Shown here piece after piece: positions 1 to 11,074 of a stretch of 54,538 bases of DNA; position 1 is the first letter of the stretch, and every line of letters begins with the position of its first letter. The notes under the pieces are model-generated. The model saw only the letters and a program-made list of their open reading frames with translations, was not told the origin of the DNA and did not search any database. The position numbers were made by a program, and so were the translations under genes. Source of the stretch: Candidatus Kutchimonas denitrificans (lineage in GTDB: Bacteria > Gemmatimonadota > Gemmatimonadetes > Palauibacterales > KS3-K002); contig JAACAK010000083.1 in assembly GCA_011774835.1 (NCBI GenBank), positions 104,263 to 158,800 of the forward strand. Direction: 5' to 3'.

Positions 1-293
1 TGATCCTGGCGCCGCTGGCCGCGATGCTGGTGCAGATGGCGATCAGCCGACAGATGGAGTATCGGGCGGACCGGAACGGGGCCGAGATCGCCGGGACCCC
101 GCGGGGCCTGGCCGGGGCGCTGGAGCGGCTGGAGCAATCGGCACGGCGCATCCCGATGGAGGTCAACCGATCGGCGGCGCACCTCTGTATCGTGAACCCG
201 CTGCGTGGCGGCGGCATCGCGGCACTGTTCCGCACCCATCCGCCGACGGAGGAACGGGTCGCGCGGTTGCTGGAGCTCGAAAGAGGTGGCTGA
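1..293 (+). CDS. htpX: Zinc metalloprotease HtpX (M48), 5'-truncated by window edge
   Basis: Frame from nt 3 reads [23 protein letters not shown]...[15 protein letters not shown], the typical HtpX C-terminus. Confidence 0.9.
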   Translation, partial: ILAPLAAMLVQMAISRQMEYRADRNGAEIAGTPRGLAGALERLEQSARRIPMEVNRSAAHLCIVNPLRGGGIAALFRTHPPTEERVARLLELERGG

Positions 294-1252
294 TTCGGGC
301 GCGTCGCGCTCGAAGAGGACGGAGCAGCCCTCGACCGGGGGCGGCATCTTCGTCATCCACAACCCGATGGCGGGCGTGCGGCATCCCGATCGGCTGCGCC
401 GTCGGGTGGAGTCGGAGCTGGAGTCGAGGGGAATACGCTTCGAGTACGCGTTCACCGAGGATCGTGGTCACGGTGAGGAGTTGACGCGCCGGGCGCTGGA
501 GCGCGGATTCGATCGAGTGCTCGTAGCGGGCGGCGATGGCACCGTGCTGGAGGCGGCGGTCGCCCTGATCGGGACCGAGTCGGCGCTGGCGATGTTGCCG
601 GTGGGCACCGGCAATCAGCTCGCGGCCAACCTCGGATTGCCTCGTGGACTGAAGAAGCTCCTCAACGTGGCGGTCACCGGCGTCCAGCGGAAAATCGACG
701 TCGGCATGCTGGATGGTCGGCCGTTTACGATCATCGCCGGCGCCGGCTTCGATGCGGAGGTGATTCGACCTCCCGCCTCGCTCAAGCGCCGCATCGGATA
801 TCTGGCGTACGTCCAGGCGGCCACGGGAGCGGCCATCGCTCCCAAGGTCTCGCGCCTGCGCGTGGTCGTCGACGGCAAGGCCGAGACCCTGAGCGGGATC
901 GGGGTCGAGGTGGCCAACATGCCCGGACTCACCGCGCCCACGCTCGTGCGGCCCGTCGACCTCGTGCCGAACGGCAAGCCCGACGACGGCCTGCTGGACG
1001 TCTGCGTACTGGCTGTGGAGAGCACCGTAGAGTTTGTCGCCGCACTCACCGCCATCATGACGGGAAGACAGAAGAAGAGTTCCGGACTGCAGTACTTCCG
1101 AGGCCGCGAGGTGAGAGTCGAGGCCGACCCGCCGCTGCCCGTCCAGATCGACGGCGAGCTGCTCGACAAGACCACCCCGTTCGTGGCTACGGTTCGACCG
1201 CTGGCTCTTAACGTGATCGTCCCGGACGACCGGGAAGGCGAGGCTCCTGGCG

Positions 1253-1260
<8 letters not shown>
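286..1260 (+). CDS. Diacylglycerol/lipid kinase family protein (YegS/DgkB-like)
   Basis: Motifs [38 protein letters not shown]; likely GTG start at 286 overlapping htpX end. Confidence 0.88.
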
Positions 1261-4064
<2,804 letters not shown>

Positions 4065-4072
<8 letters not shown>

Positions 4073-4781
4073 GGCCGAGCACGCCAGAGAGGCCAGGTAC
4101 CTGCTGCAACGCTTCGAGAGTTGGGCGTTGCCGCGCCTGGCGGCCCGTATGCCGGGCTGGGTGCTCCCCGACCACCTGACGTTGCTGGGCATCGTGGCAG
4201 CGGCGGGGATCGGGATCTGCTACGCCTCGTCGGGCCTGAACCGGAATTACCTGTGGGTGGCGAATACCCTCTGGGTGGTCAACTGGTTCGGAGACAGCCT
4301 GGACGGCACGCTGGCGAGAATTAGGAAGATTGAGCGGCCGCGCTACGGGTACTATCTCGATCATATCGTCGACATGTTCGCCGTGGCGTTCGTGTGTATC
4401 GGGCTGGGCTTCTCACCCTACCTACTGCTCTCGGTCGCGCTGGCGGCGCTCATCATGTACTACCTGATGTCGATCAACGTCTATCTCGAGACCTTCGTGA
4501 TGAAGTCGTTCCGGTTCGGCTACGATTACATCGGCCCCACCGAGGTGCGCGTGATTTTGATCCTGGGTGGAAGCGCTCTGGCGCTTGGCTTCGAACCGGT
4601 GCTCGAGCTGGGCGATGTCCCCTTCGGTACGCTCGATTTCTTCTTCCTCATCGGCCTGGCCGTCATGCTGGTCATGCTGCTGAGGCGAATCGTCCAGAAC
4701 CTGACGCGCCTGGCGCGGCTCGAGCCGCCCAACGTGGTCAAGGAGCCATCGACGGCGGAGGGGCGGCCGGGCAACGGCTGA
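4065..4781 (+). CDS. CDP-alcohol phosphatidyltransferase family protein
   Basis: [27 protein letters not shown] matches the DG-x2-AR-x8-G-x3-D-x3-D signature; hydrophobic. Confidence 0.9.
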
Positions 4782-4826
4782 TCGCGGGCCCGGCGGCCCC
4801 GGCCGGACTGCCGGGTTCATCACGGA

Positions 4827-5360
4827 ATGGAGCCAGATGACATGTCTTTCACCACGCTGCTCGAAGAGACGCTGGACGCCTGGTCGGATGTCCGACAGGG
4901 ACTCATCCGGGAGGTGGAGAACATACCGGCAGACCGTTTCGACTTTCGCCCCACACCGGAAGTGAGAAGCGTGTCGGAGCTGCTCCAGCACATACTCGAG
5001 GTCGCGCTAATGATGACCGGCGAGCTGACCCGGCCCGACACCAATTTCAGGCGCGCCCCATGGCCGGAGCTCCTGGACATGTATTCCGGTGACCTGAAGT
5101 CGGCGACGAGCAAGGATCGGCTGCTCGATCTGCTGCGCTCGTCGTTCGAGGACGCCCAGCGCCGGTTCCGTGATGCGGGAGAGCTGCACATGTTCCAGTT
5201 CATCACCCGGTTCGATGGTCAGCCCGGCACGCGACTGGCCTGGCTGGAGCACGGGATCGCGCAGGAGATGTACCATCGGGGCCAGCTGGTCCTCTACGAG
5301 CGCCTGATGGGGATCGAGCCGGCGCTGACGAGACAGATCCGCGAGGCGAGCGAAGCTTAG
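4827..5360 (+). CDS. DinB family protein
   Basis: DFRPTPEVRSVSELLQHI and HGIAQEMYHRGQL His motifs. Confidence 0.85.
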   Translation: MEPDDMSFTTLLEETLDAWSDVRQGLIREVENIPADRFDFRPTPEVRSVSELLQHILEVALMMTGELTRPDTNFRRAPWPELLDMYSGDLKSATSKDRLLDLLRSSFEDAQRRFRDAGELHMFQFITRFDGQPGTRLAWLEHGIAQEMYHRGQLVLYERLMGIEPALTRQIREASEA

Positions 5361-5458
5361 CCGGATGAACGGCGGTGGAGGGTGGCACGGCCCGGTTACC
5401 GTTTCACGGCTCCGGTATCGCGTCTGCCGGAAGACAGCAACACGGATGATGAGGCGAG

Positions 5459-5809
5459 ATGAAAGAGGAATCTCTGGCGTTGACGGGCGGCGAGCGGTAC
5501 GTACTTCAACGCAGTTTCGATGTCCCTCTCACGCGCCGCAAGCTCCGGCTGGTCGTGGTGAGCGCCGCCGTGCTGATCGTGGCGCTGGTGGTGTTTTCTC
5601 CAATCCTGCGCTCGTGGGAGTTTCTGCTCTTTTTCTCCGTGGCGTATGTCGGCATCACCGCCTGGCAGCGGGTCGGCTACGCCCGGACCATCCTGGTATA
5701 CAAGGGCCTCGTACGGAAGCTGGTCGACCGGATCGACGAGCTGGAGGGCGGCGATGCCGCCGGAGAAGGCCCCCAAACCGTCCCCTCGGAGAGTGGGCCG
5801 GTCTCTTGA
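5459..5809 (+). CDS. Hypothetical membrane protein (2 TM)
   Basis: 116-aa ORF with two hydrophobic segments and GC-rich third positions. Confidence 0.6.
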   Translation: MKEESLALTGGERYVLQRSFDVPLTRRKLRLVVVSAAVLIVALVVFSPILRSWEFLLFFSVAYVGITAWQRVGYARTILVYKGLVRKLVDRIDELEGGDAAGEGPQTVPSESGPVS

Positions 5810-5835
5810 CAGCGGGGCCACGGCGTCGGTACAAT
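5806..5835 (+). promoter_or_regulatory. Sigma70-type promoter
   Basis: TTGACA (5806-5811), 18 nt, TACAAT (5830-5835). Confidence 0.65.
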
Positions 5836-5972
5836 TCTGAGCCTTTCAGCGAAAGATCTTCGGGTCCGGTCGCTGGGACAGAGAACCAGCGTCTCTTGGG
5901 GAAACTGCCGGCGTGAGGCAGGAGTGTGGGTGGCGGCGGAGGTGATCTAGGCTAAAGAGTCACTGCCCGATC

Positions 5973-6119
5973 ATGGACGAACGCAACCTAAGTAACCAAT
6001 CTGAAACGGAGCCGAGCCAGCGCGGTCAGCGGGTCCTGCTGTTCGGCGCCTACACCTTCCTTCTGATCTGGGGAATGGCCTATCTGGTGCTGTTCTTCAC
6101 CGACCGCTTGCCCTTCTAG
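5973..6119 (+). CDS. Small single-TM protein, 48 aa (not in ORF track)
   Basis: MDERNLSNQSETEPSQRGQRVLLFGAYTFLLIWGMAYLVLFFTDRLPF*; clear TM helix; lies between the promoter and the next gene. Confidence 0.6.
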   Translation: MDERNLSNQSETEPSQRGQRVLLFGAYTFLLIWGMAYLVLFFTDRLPF

Positions 6120-6161
6120 CTTGAACGCCGTGTCAGGCGCCATCATCGTCGGGGAGGAACC

Positions 6162-6701
6162 GTGAACGTAGCGATAATCATCGTGGCCCTGGTCGCGGTG
6201 GTCGCGATCGCGGTCCTGGTGCTTTTCGGGCGCCGCCGAGCCGCTGGCAAAGCGAAGGAGCCCGAGGGCGAGGGGGCCGCGAAACCCCAGGCGGAGCCGC
6301 CGGAGGTCGGGCCGGTGGCGGCCGTGCCGCCGGAGGCGAAGGCGGAGGACGCGGAGGCCGCCCGATCGGTAGCGGAAGTGGAGCAGGAGAGGGAGCATGT
6401 CGAGGAAGCGCCGGCGAAGCCGCAGCCAGTCGAAACGGAGGAGGAGGTCGCCGAGCGGGTGAACGAGAGCCTGGCCGAAGCCCGACGGATGCTGAAAGAG
6501 CTGCAGGAGGGCGAAGGCGGGGCGGAGGCCGGGACGGGGGCGCTGCACGGGACGATGGACATAATGACCGAGGGCCTGGAGGAAGTCGAGGCGCTGGCGG
6601 ATCGCAAGAAGTGGAGCCAGGCCCGGGACAAGGCCGAAGCGCTTCGCGCCCAGCTGAAGCTCATGCTGCAGTCGGCTCGTCGCGAGAGATCCTCCGACTA
6701 G
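6162..6701 (+). CDS. Hypothetical N-anchored membrane protein with acidic linker and helical C-terminus
   Basis: GGAGGA RBS before GTG; N-terminal TM then RRR, E/A/P-rich region. Confidence 0.7.
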   Translation: MNVAIIIVALVAVVAIAVLVLFGRRRAAGKAKEPEGEGAAKPQAEPPEVGPVAAVPPEAKAEDAEAARSVAEVEQEREHVEEAPAKPQPVETEEEVAERVNESLAEARRMLKELQEGEGGAEAGTGALHGTMDIMTEGLEEVEALADRKKWSQARDKAEALRAQLKLMLQSARRERSSD

Positions 6702-6774
6702 CAAAACTCACGTCACATACCAATATTTCGGGCGTCCGGCGGGCCAGCGGGTGGCCCGGTACCCCGTACCGGGG

Positions 6775-6801
6775 GGAAACTCCCGGCTCTGCGACTTCGT
6801 A
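6775..6801 (+). promoter_or_regulatory. Putative ECF sigma promoter for the psp cluster
   Basis: GGAAAC (6775-6780), 17 nt, CGTA (6798-6801); resembles the AAC/CGT ECF pattern. Confidence 0.4.
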
Positions 6802-6813
6802 GTTGGTAAACGA

Positions 6814-7104
6814 ATGGCCGTATTGTACCTGCTGGTGCTGGTGTTTCTGGCGAAGATCGTTCTGATCGATTCGCCGGTGGGAACGGCGCTGGGCGACGCG
6901 ATTCGCAGTCTGACGCCGTCGAGAGCACCGGAGGGAGCGGCATCCCGGGCCGACTTGGAGCACTTGCGGCGCGATGTCGAGGAGTTGAGAGATCGCGTCG
7001 ATCGGGTGGTCGAGGAGCAGGCGTTCTTGACGCAACTCCTTTCGGAGTCGCAGCGCCGGAGCCTGGGACCCGGTAAGAGCGAGGATTTCGACATTCCAAA
7101 GTAG
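6814..7104 (+). CDS. Small TM + coiled-coil protein (PspB-like architecture)
   Basis: MAVLYLLVLVFLAKIVLIDSPVG...LEHLRRDVEELRDRVDRVVEEQAF; first gene of the pspA cluster. Confidence 0.65.
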   Translation: MAVLYLLVLVFLAKIVLIDSPVGTALGDAIRSLTPSRAPEGAASRADLEHLRRDVEELRDRVDRVVEEQAFLTQLLSESQRRSLGPGKSEDFDIPK

Positions 7105-7116
7105 GCGGAGGCCGGG

Positions 7117-7506
7117 ATGGTCACGCGCGAAGATATCGAAGGCTACCTGCTGCGGATGGAACTGCCGTTCCAGGAGGTGGAAGAAGGTCTGTGGGTCGTC
7201 GGCGACGAGCAGGAGACGGCGTCGGTGGTCGTGAACTACACGCCGCCGCTGCTGCTCATCAGGGTAGAGGTCATGGAGACGCCGGACGACGAGGAACTGG
7301 CCGCCGGGTTGCACCGTGAGCTGCTCGAGCTGAACGCCAACGATCTGGTGCACGGAGCTTACGGGCTGGACGGGACCGAGGTCGTGTTGACCGATACGCT
7401 GCAGCTGACGGACCTGGACTTCAGCGAGCTGCAAGCCTCATTGGAGAGCATTTTCCTCGCACTGCGGGCGCACTACGAGACGCTGGCACGATTCAGAACG
7501 CCCTAG
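7117..7506 (+). CDS. CesT/YbjN-like (type III chaperone fold) protein
   Basis: Small acidic protein with LLELNANDLVHGAYGL motif; immediately upstream of pspA. Confidence 0.7.
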   Translation: MVTREDIEGYLLRMELPFQEVEEGLWVVGDEQETASVVVNYTPPLLLIRVEVMETPDDEELAAGLHRELLELNANDLVHGAYGLDGTEVVLTDTLQLTDLDFSELQASLESIFLALRAHYETLARFRTP

Positions 7507-7523
7507 AGAGAGTCAGGCCAATC

Positions 7524-8333
7524 ATGAGTATCTGGAGCAGGTTATCCACGATGGTCAGGTCGAACCTGAACGACCTCATCGCTCGGGCGGAGAACCCCGA
7601 GAAGATGCTGAACCAGATCATCGATGATATGCGCTCCCAGCTGGCGCAGGCGAAGCAAGAAGTGGCGGTGGCGATCGCCGACGAGCGCAAACTGCGCCGT
7701 CAGGTGCAGGACGAGCGGGATCAGACGATCGACTGGGAGCGCCGTGCGAAGCTGGCGCTGCGGGAGGGTCGCGAGGACCTGGCGCGCCAGGCGTTGCTGC
7801 GCAGTCAGGAACACGGCGAGCACGCGGCCACGCTGGAGGAGCAGTGGCGCGGCCACGCGTCGGAGACCGAGAAGCTGAAGGACACGCTGCGCCAGCTGAG
7901 CAGCAAGATCGAGGAGGCGAAGCGGAAGCGGAACCTGCTGATCGCCAGGCAGAAGCGAGCCCACGCCCAGCGGCGGATCCACGAAACGATGACCGGCCTC
8001 GCCGACCGAAGCGCGTTCGAGGCGTTCGATCGGATGGCCGAGCGGATCGAGGAGGCGGAGATGCGGGCGCTGGCCGCCGCCGAGGTGGACGAGGAGCTGG
8101 GCGGCGACGACCTCGAGGTCCAGTTCAAGCGGCTCGAGGGCGGCGACATCGACGTCGAGCGCAAGCTCACAGCCCTCAAGGAGGAGATGGGCCTGTTGTC
8201 GGCGGGGGCCGAGGAGCATCACGGTCCCGACGTGGTTCACGAGGCCGAGATCATCGAGGAGGAGAGCGAGCCCGTCGAGGACGAAGCGGAAGCCGGCGAT
8301 GATGAGGAAGAGGAGCAGGAGGAGAAGAGCTGA
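7524..8333 (+). CDS. pspA: PspA/IM30 family protein
   Basis: MSIWSRLSTMVRSNLNDLIARAENPEKMLNQIIDDM, G-x-EDLAR-x-AL, FDRMAERI; acidic tail. Confidence 0.93.
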   Translation: MSIWSRLSTMVRSNLNDLIARAENPEKMLNQIIDDMRSQLAQAKQEVAVAIADERKLRRQVQDERDQTIDWERRAKLALREGREDLARQALLRSQEHGEHAATLEEQWRGHASETEKLKDTLRQLSSKIEEAKRKRNLLIARQKRAHAQRRIHETMTGLADRSAFEAFDRMAERIEEAEMRALAAAEVDEELGGDDLEVQFKRLEGGDIDVERKLTALKEEMGLLSAGAEEHHGPDVVHEAEIIEEESEPVEDEAEAGDDEEEEQEEKS

Positions 8334-9508
8334 GTGACTCCAAGGGCGGGCTGACGGCCCGCCAGCTTTACGGCATCCTGACGACGGCCGTCTTCATCAT
8401 TCTGCTGTTGACGTTCGTCTACGCCGTGGCGGAACTGCTGCTCCTGTTGTTCGTCGCGGCCCTGTTCGCTGTATTCCTCGCCGCGTTCACCGAGTTTTTC
8501 ACCCGCCGAGTGGGCGTCGGGCGCGGCTTGGGCCTGATCCTCGCCCTGCTCGGTACACTCGTCATTATCGGGCTCGTCGGCCTGCTGATCGTCCCCCCGG
8601 TGGTCACCCAGTTCCAGGAGCTGATCGGTGCGCTGCCGCGCCATGTGAACGCCCTCGAGGTCGAGGTCACGCGGCTGGCCCAGGAGAACCAGCTGATCGG
8701 CCGGGTGCTCGGTGGGGCCGGGGAGGGGAGCGCGGCGTTTCTGGACCGGCTGTTCAACCAGGCGAGCGAGTTCTTCGGCGACGTGGTCCCGTACGTGTTC
8801 TCGGGCATCGGCGTGCTGATCCATCTGGCCTCCCTGCTGATCATGGGGATCTACATGGCGCTCAAGCCGTCGATCTATCGCGAGGGCCTGATCGCGCTGG
8901 TGCCGCCGGCCTACCGTGAGCTGGCCCGGGACATCCTGGCTGACCTCGGACATACGATCCGTGCCTGGCTGGTGGGGCTCGGGATCTCGATGATCGTGCT
9001 GGGCGTACTCACCTGGATCGGCCTGGTCCTGCTGGATGTGCCGTATTCCCTGGCCTTCGGTGTCTTCACCGGTCTGGCGGTGATCGTGCCCTTCTTCGGA
9101 ACGATCGTCTCGACGCTCCTGCCCGCGCTGTTCGTGATCGGAACGGGCGGGATCACGAAGGCCTTGCTGGTCATTCTGCTCGGCGTCGTGGTCCACGTGT
9201 TCGAAGCGAACGTGGTCGCCCCGATGGTGTTCGAGAAGCAGGTGGAATTGCCGCCGGTCCTCACCATCCTCTCGGTTCTGGTCATGGCCAAGCTGCTGGG
9301 CGTGGTGGGGCTGCTCGTCGCGGTGCCGGTGCTGGCGAGCGCGATGGTGCTGATCCGGCGGATCTTCGTGCACCGGATACTGGAAGGGAAAGGGTTCCAC
9401 CGCATCGAAAGAGACGCGCCGGCGATCATCAGCCTGCCGACCGGGCAGGGCGTGCTGGTGCACCCGTCCGCTTCCGAATCCAGCATACCGACCGTACTCG
9501 AGGGATGA
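8330..9508 (+). CDS. AI-2E family transporter (probable CTG start at 8330)
   Basis: Multi-TM; IVPFFG, FEANVVAPMV, GLLVAVPV motifs; frame stays open upstream of the track start (8408) back to CTG 8330. Confidence 0.85.
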   Translation: MSDSKGGLTARQLYGILTTAVFIILLLTFVYAVAELLLLLFVAALFAVFLAAFTEFFTRRVGVGRGLGLILALLGTLVIIGLVGLLIVPPVVTQFQELIGALPRHVNALEVEVTRLAQENQLIGRVLGGAGEGSAAFLDRLFNQASEFFGDVVPYVFSGIGVLIHLASLLIMGIYMALKPSIYREGLIALVPPAYRELARDILADLGHTIRAWLVGLGISMIVLGVLTWIGLVLLDVPYSLAFGVFTGLAVIVPFFGTIVSTLLPALFVIGTGGITKALLVILLGVVVHVFEANVVAPMVFEKQVELPPVLTILSVLVMAKLLGVVGLLVAVPVLASAMVLIRRIFVHRILEGKGFHRIERDAPAIISLPTGQGVLVHPSASESSIPTVLEG

Positions 9509-9614
9509 GCCCGGCCGTCGACGTCGCGCGGCCGCGGCTCGTCGGCTCGATCACCGCTGAGCCGATCCCACCTGGCTCCTGCCGCAACGCCCCCGCACCC
9601 CGGAGGCAGGCGCC

Positions 9615-9995
9615 ATGATCGTCGGTGTCGGGATCGATCTCGTCGCGATCGACCGGGTCCGCGGGTTGGTGGAGCGTCACGGTGAGCGGGGACGCAGGCG
9701 GCTGTTCGCGGAAGGGGAGCTGAAGGACTGCGATGGGCGCATCGACCCGGCCGAGTGCCTGGCCGCGCGCTTCGCCGCCAAGGAGGCGGCGCTGAAAGCG
9801 CTCGGGACCGGGAAGCGGCCCGGGTTGCGCTGGACCGAGATCGAGGTGGTCGAAGGCGAAGGGGGAAGGCCGGATCTCGCGTTGTCCGGCGGCGTTCGGG
9901 CCCGCGCCGAACGGTTGGGGGTCACCCGCGTCTGGGTGAGCCTGACCCACGAGGGCGGGGTCGCGGGCGCGATCGTTGTCATGGAGAGCGGCTAG
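9615..9995 (+). CDS. acpS: Holo-ACP synthase
   Basis: MIVGVGIDLV, LAARFAAKEAALKALGTG, VSLTHE. Confidence 0.95.
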   Translation: MIVGVGIDLVAIDRVRGLVERHGERGRRRLFAEGELKDCDGRIDPAECLAARFAAKEAALKALGTGKRPGLRWTEIEVVEGEGGRPDLALSGGVRARAERLGVTRVWVSLTHEGGVAGAIVVMESG

Positions 9996-10028
9996 CCGTC
10001 GGCTGACGGTAGCCGCTGCCTTCGCTCC

Positions 10029-10769
10029 TCAGCTGCGGAGCATCTTCCCGCCGTCTACCACCACCGTCTCGCCCGTAATGTAGTCGGACTCGACCAGGAA
10101 CAGCACGGCTCGCGAGACGTCCTCCGGCGCACCCAACCGCTTGAGCGCCGTCATCTCGGCCAACTCCTCGCGCCCGGCCCGGTCGAGCTCGTCAGGCGGC
10201 AACACGGACCCGGGGGCCACCGCGTTGACGCGGATGCGCGGCGCCAGGGCACGGGCCAGCACACGGGTCATCGCGACGATTCCCGCCTTCGAGACGCAAT
10301 GGTGCGCGTAGCCGGGCCAGGCCTGGTATGCGGCGATGTCGGCGATGTTGATGATGACGCCGCCGCGGACGTCCATCTGTGTCGCCGCTTGCTGGCTGCA
10401 GAAGAAGGGCGCTTTCAGGTTGAGGTCCAGCACGGCGTCCCAATCTTCGGGCGTGATGTCCAGCACCGGTTTCTGTTGGAAGATCGCCGCGTTATTGACC
10501 AGCACGTCGATTGGCCCCAGAGCCGCTTCGACCTCGGCGAACAGGGCAACGATCCGGGCTGGATCCGTCAGGTCTGCCTGGAAGACGTCGGCATGAACCC
10601 CCCGCCCGTGCAGGTCTGCGACCACGTCGCGGGCTAGCCCCGCCGAGGCATGGTGATGCACGGCGACGGCGGAGCCGGCGTCGGCCAGAGCCGTGGCGAT
10701 CTCCCGGCCGAGCCGGCGCGCCGCGCCGGTGACCAGCGCTGTTCGTCCATCGAGATCCATCGTGCTCAC
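10029..10769 (-). CDS. SDR oxidoreductase, pteridine reductase/FolM-like
   Basis: TGAARRLG, LVNNAAIF, IINIAD, RVNAVAPG, YITGETVVVDGG. Confidence 0.85.
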   Translation of the reverse strand: MSTMDLDGRTALVTGAARRLGREIATALADAGSAVAVHHHASAGLARDVVADLHGRGVHADVFQADLTDPARIVALFAEVEAALGPIDVLVNNAAIFQQKPVLDITPEDWDAVLDLNLKAPFFCSQQAATQMDVRGGVIINIADIAAYQAWPGYAHHCVSKAGIVAMTRVLARALAPRIRVNAVAPGSVLPPDELDRAGREELAEMTALKRLGAPEDVSRAVLFLVESDYITGETVVVDGGKMLRS

Positions 10770-10909
10770 CGTCGCGTCATGAGGGCTGCCTCCGCGTCAA
10801 GGTAGCCGCGGTGGCTTCTGCCGGCCAGCGACCCTTGACTCGGAAGCGCGAACGTCCGCATCTTGGCGGTTCGCCAACCGGGCCCCGGCCCGGACACCGG
10901 AGGACAGAG

Positions 10910-10990
10910 ATGATGCGCGCTTACGGGTACGACTATCGGAGCTACGGTTATCCCTCGTGGAGGCCGTGTCGTGATCGCGTGCCCAACTAG
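10910..10990 (+). CDS. Tyr-rich attenuator leader peptide (26 aa)
   Basis: GGAGGA RBS then MMRAYGYDYRSYGYPSWRPCRDRVPN*; 5 Tyr in codons 5-14; upstream of the tyrosine biosynthesis gene. Confidence 0.85.
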   Translation: MMRAYGYDYRSYGYPSWRPCRDRVPN

Positions 10991-11019
10991 CACCAGCGTG
11001 CAGCACCCGGTTCGACGCG

Positions 11020-11044
11020 GCTCCCGGTTCGGGAGCTTTTTTTT
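11020..11044 (+). terminator. Attenuator terminator hairpin
   Basis: GCTCCCG-GTT-CGGGAGC followed by T8, 30 nt before the aroH-tyrA start. Confidence 0.85.
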
Positions 11045-11074
11045 GGTCTTTGGAAACAGACAGGTGACGGTCCC

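Noticed and set aside
9505-9618. 37-aa ORF overlapping both the AI-2E stop and the acpS start via ATGA
   Set aside because: Pro/Arg-rich with no recognisable features; acpS has its own GGAGG RBS; likely chance
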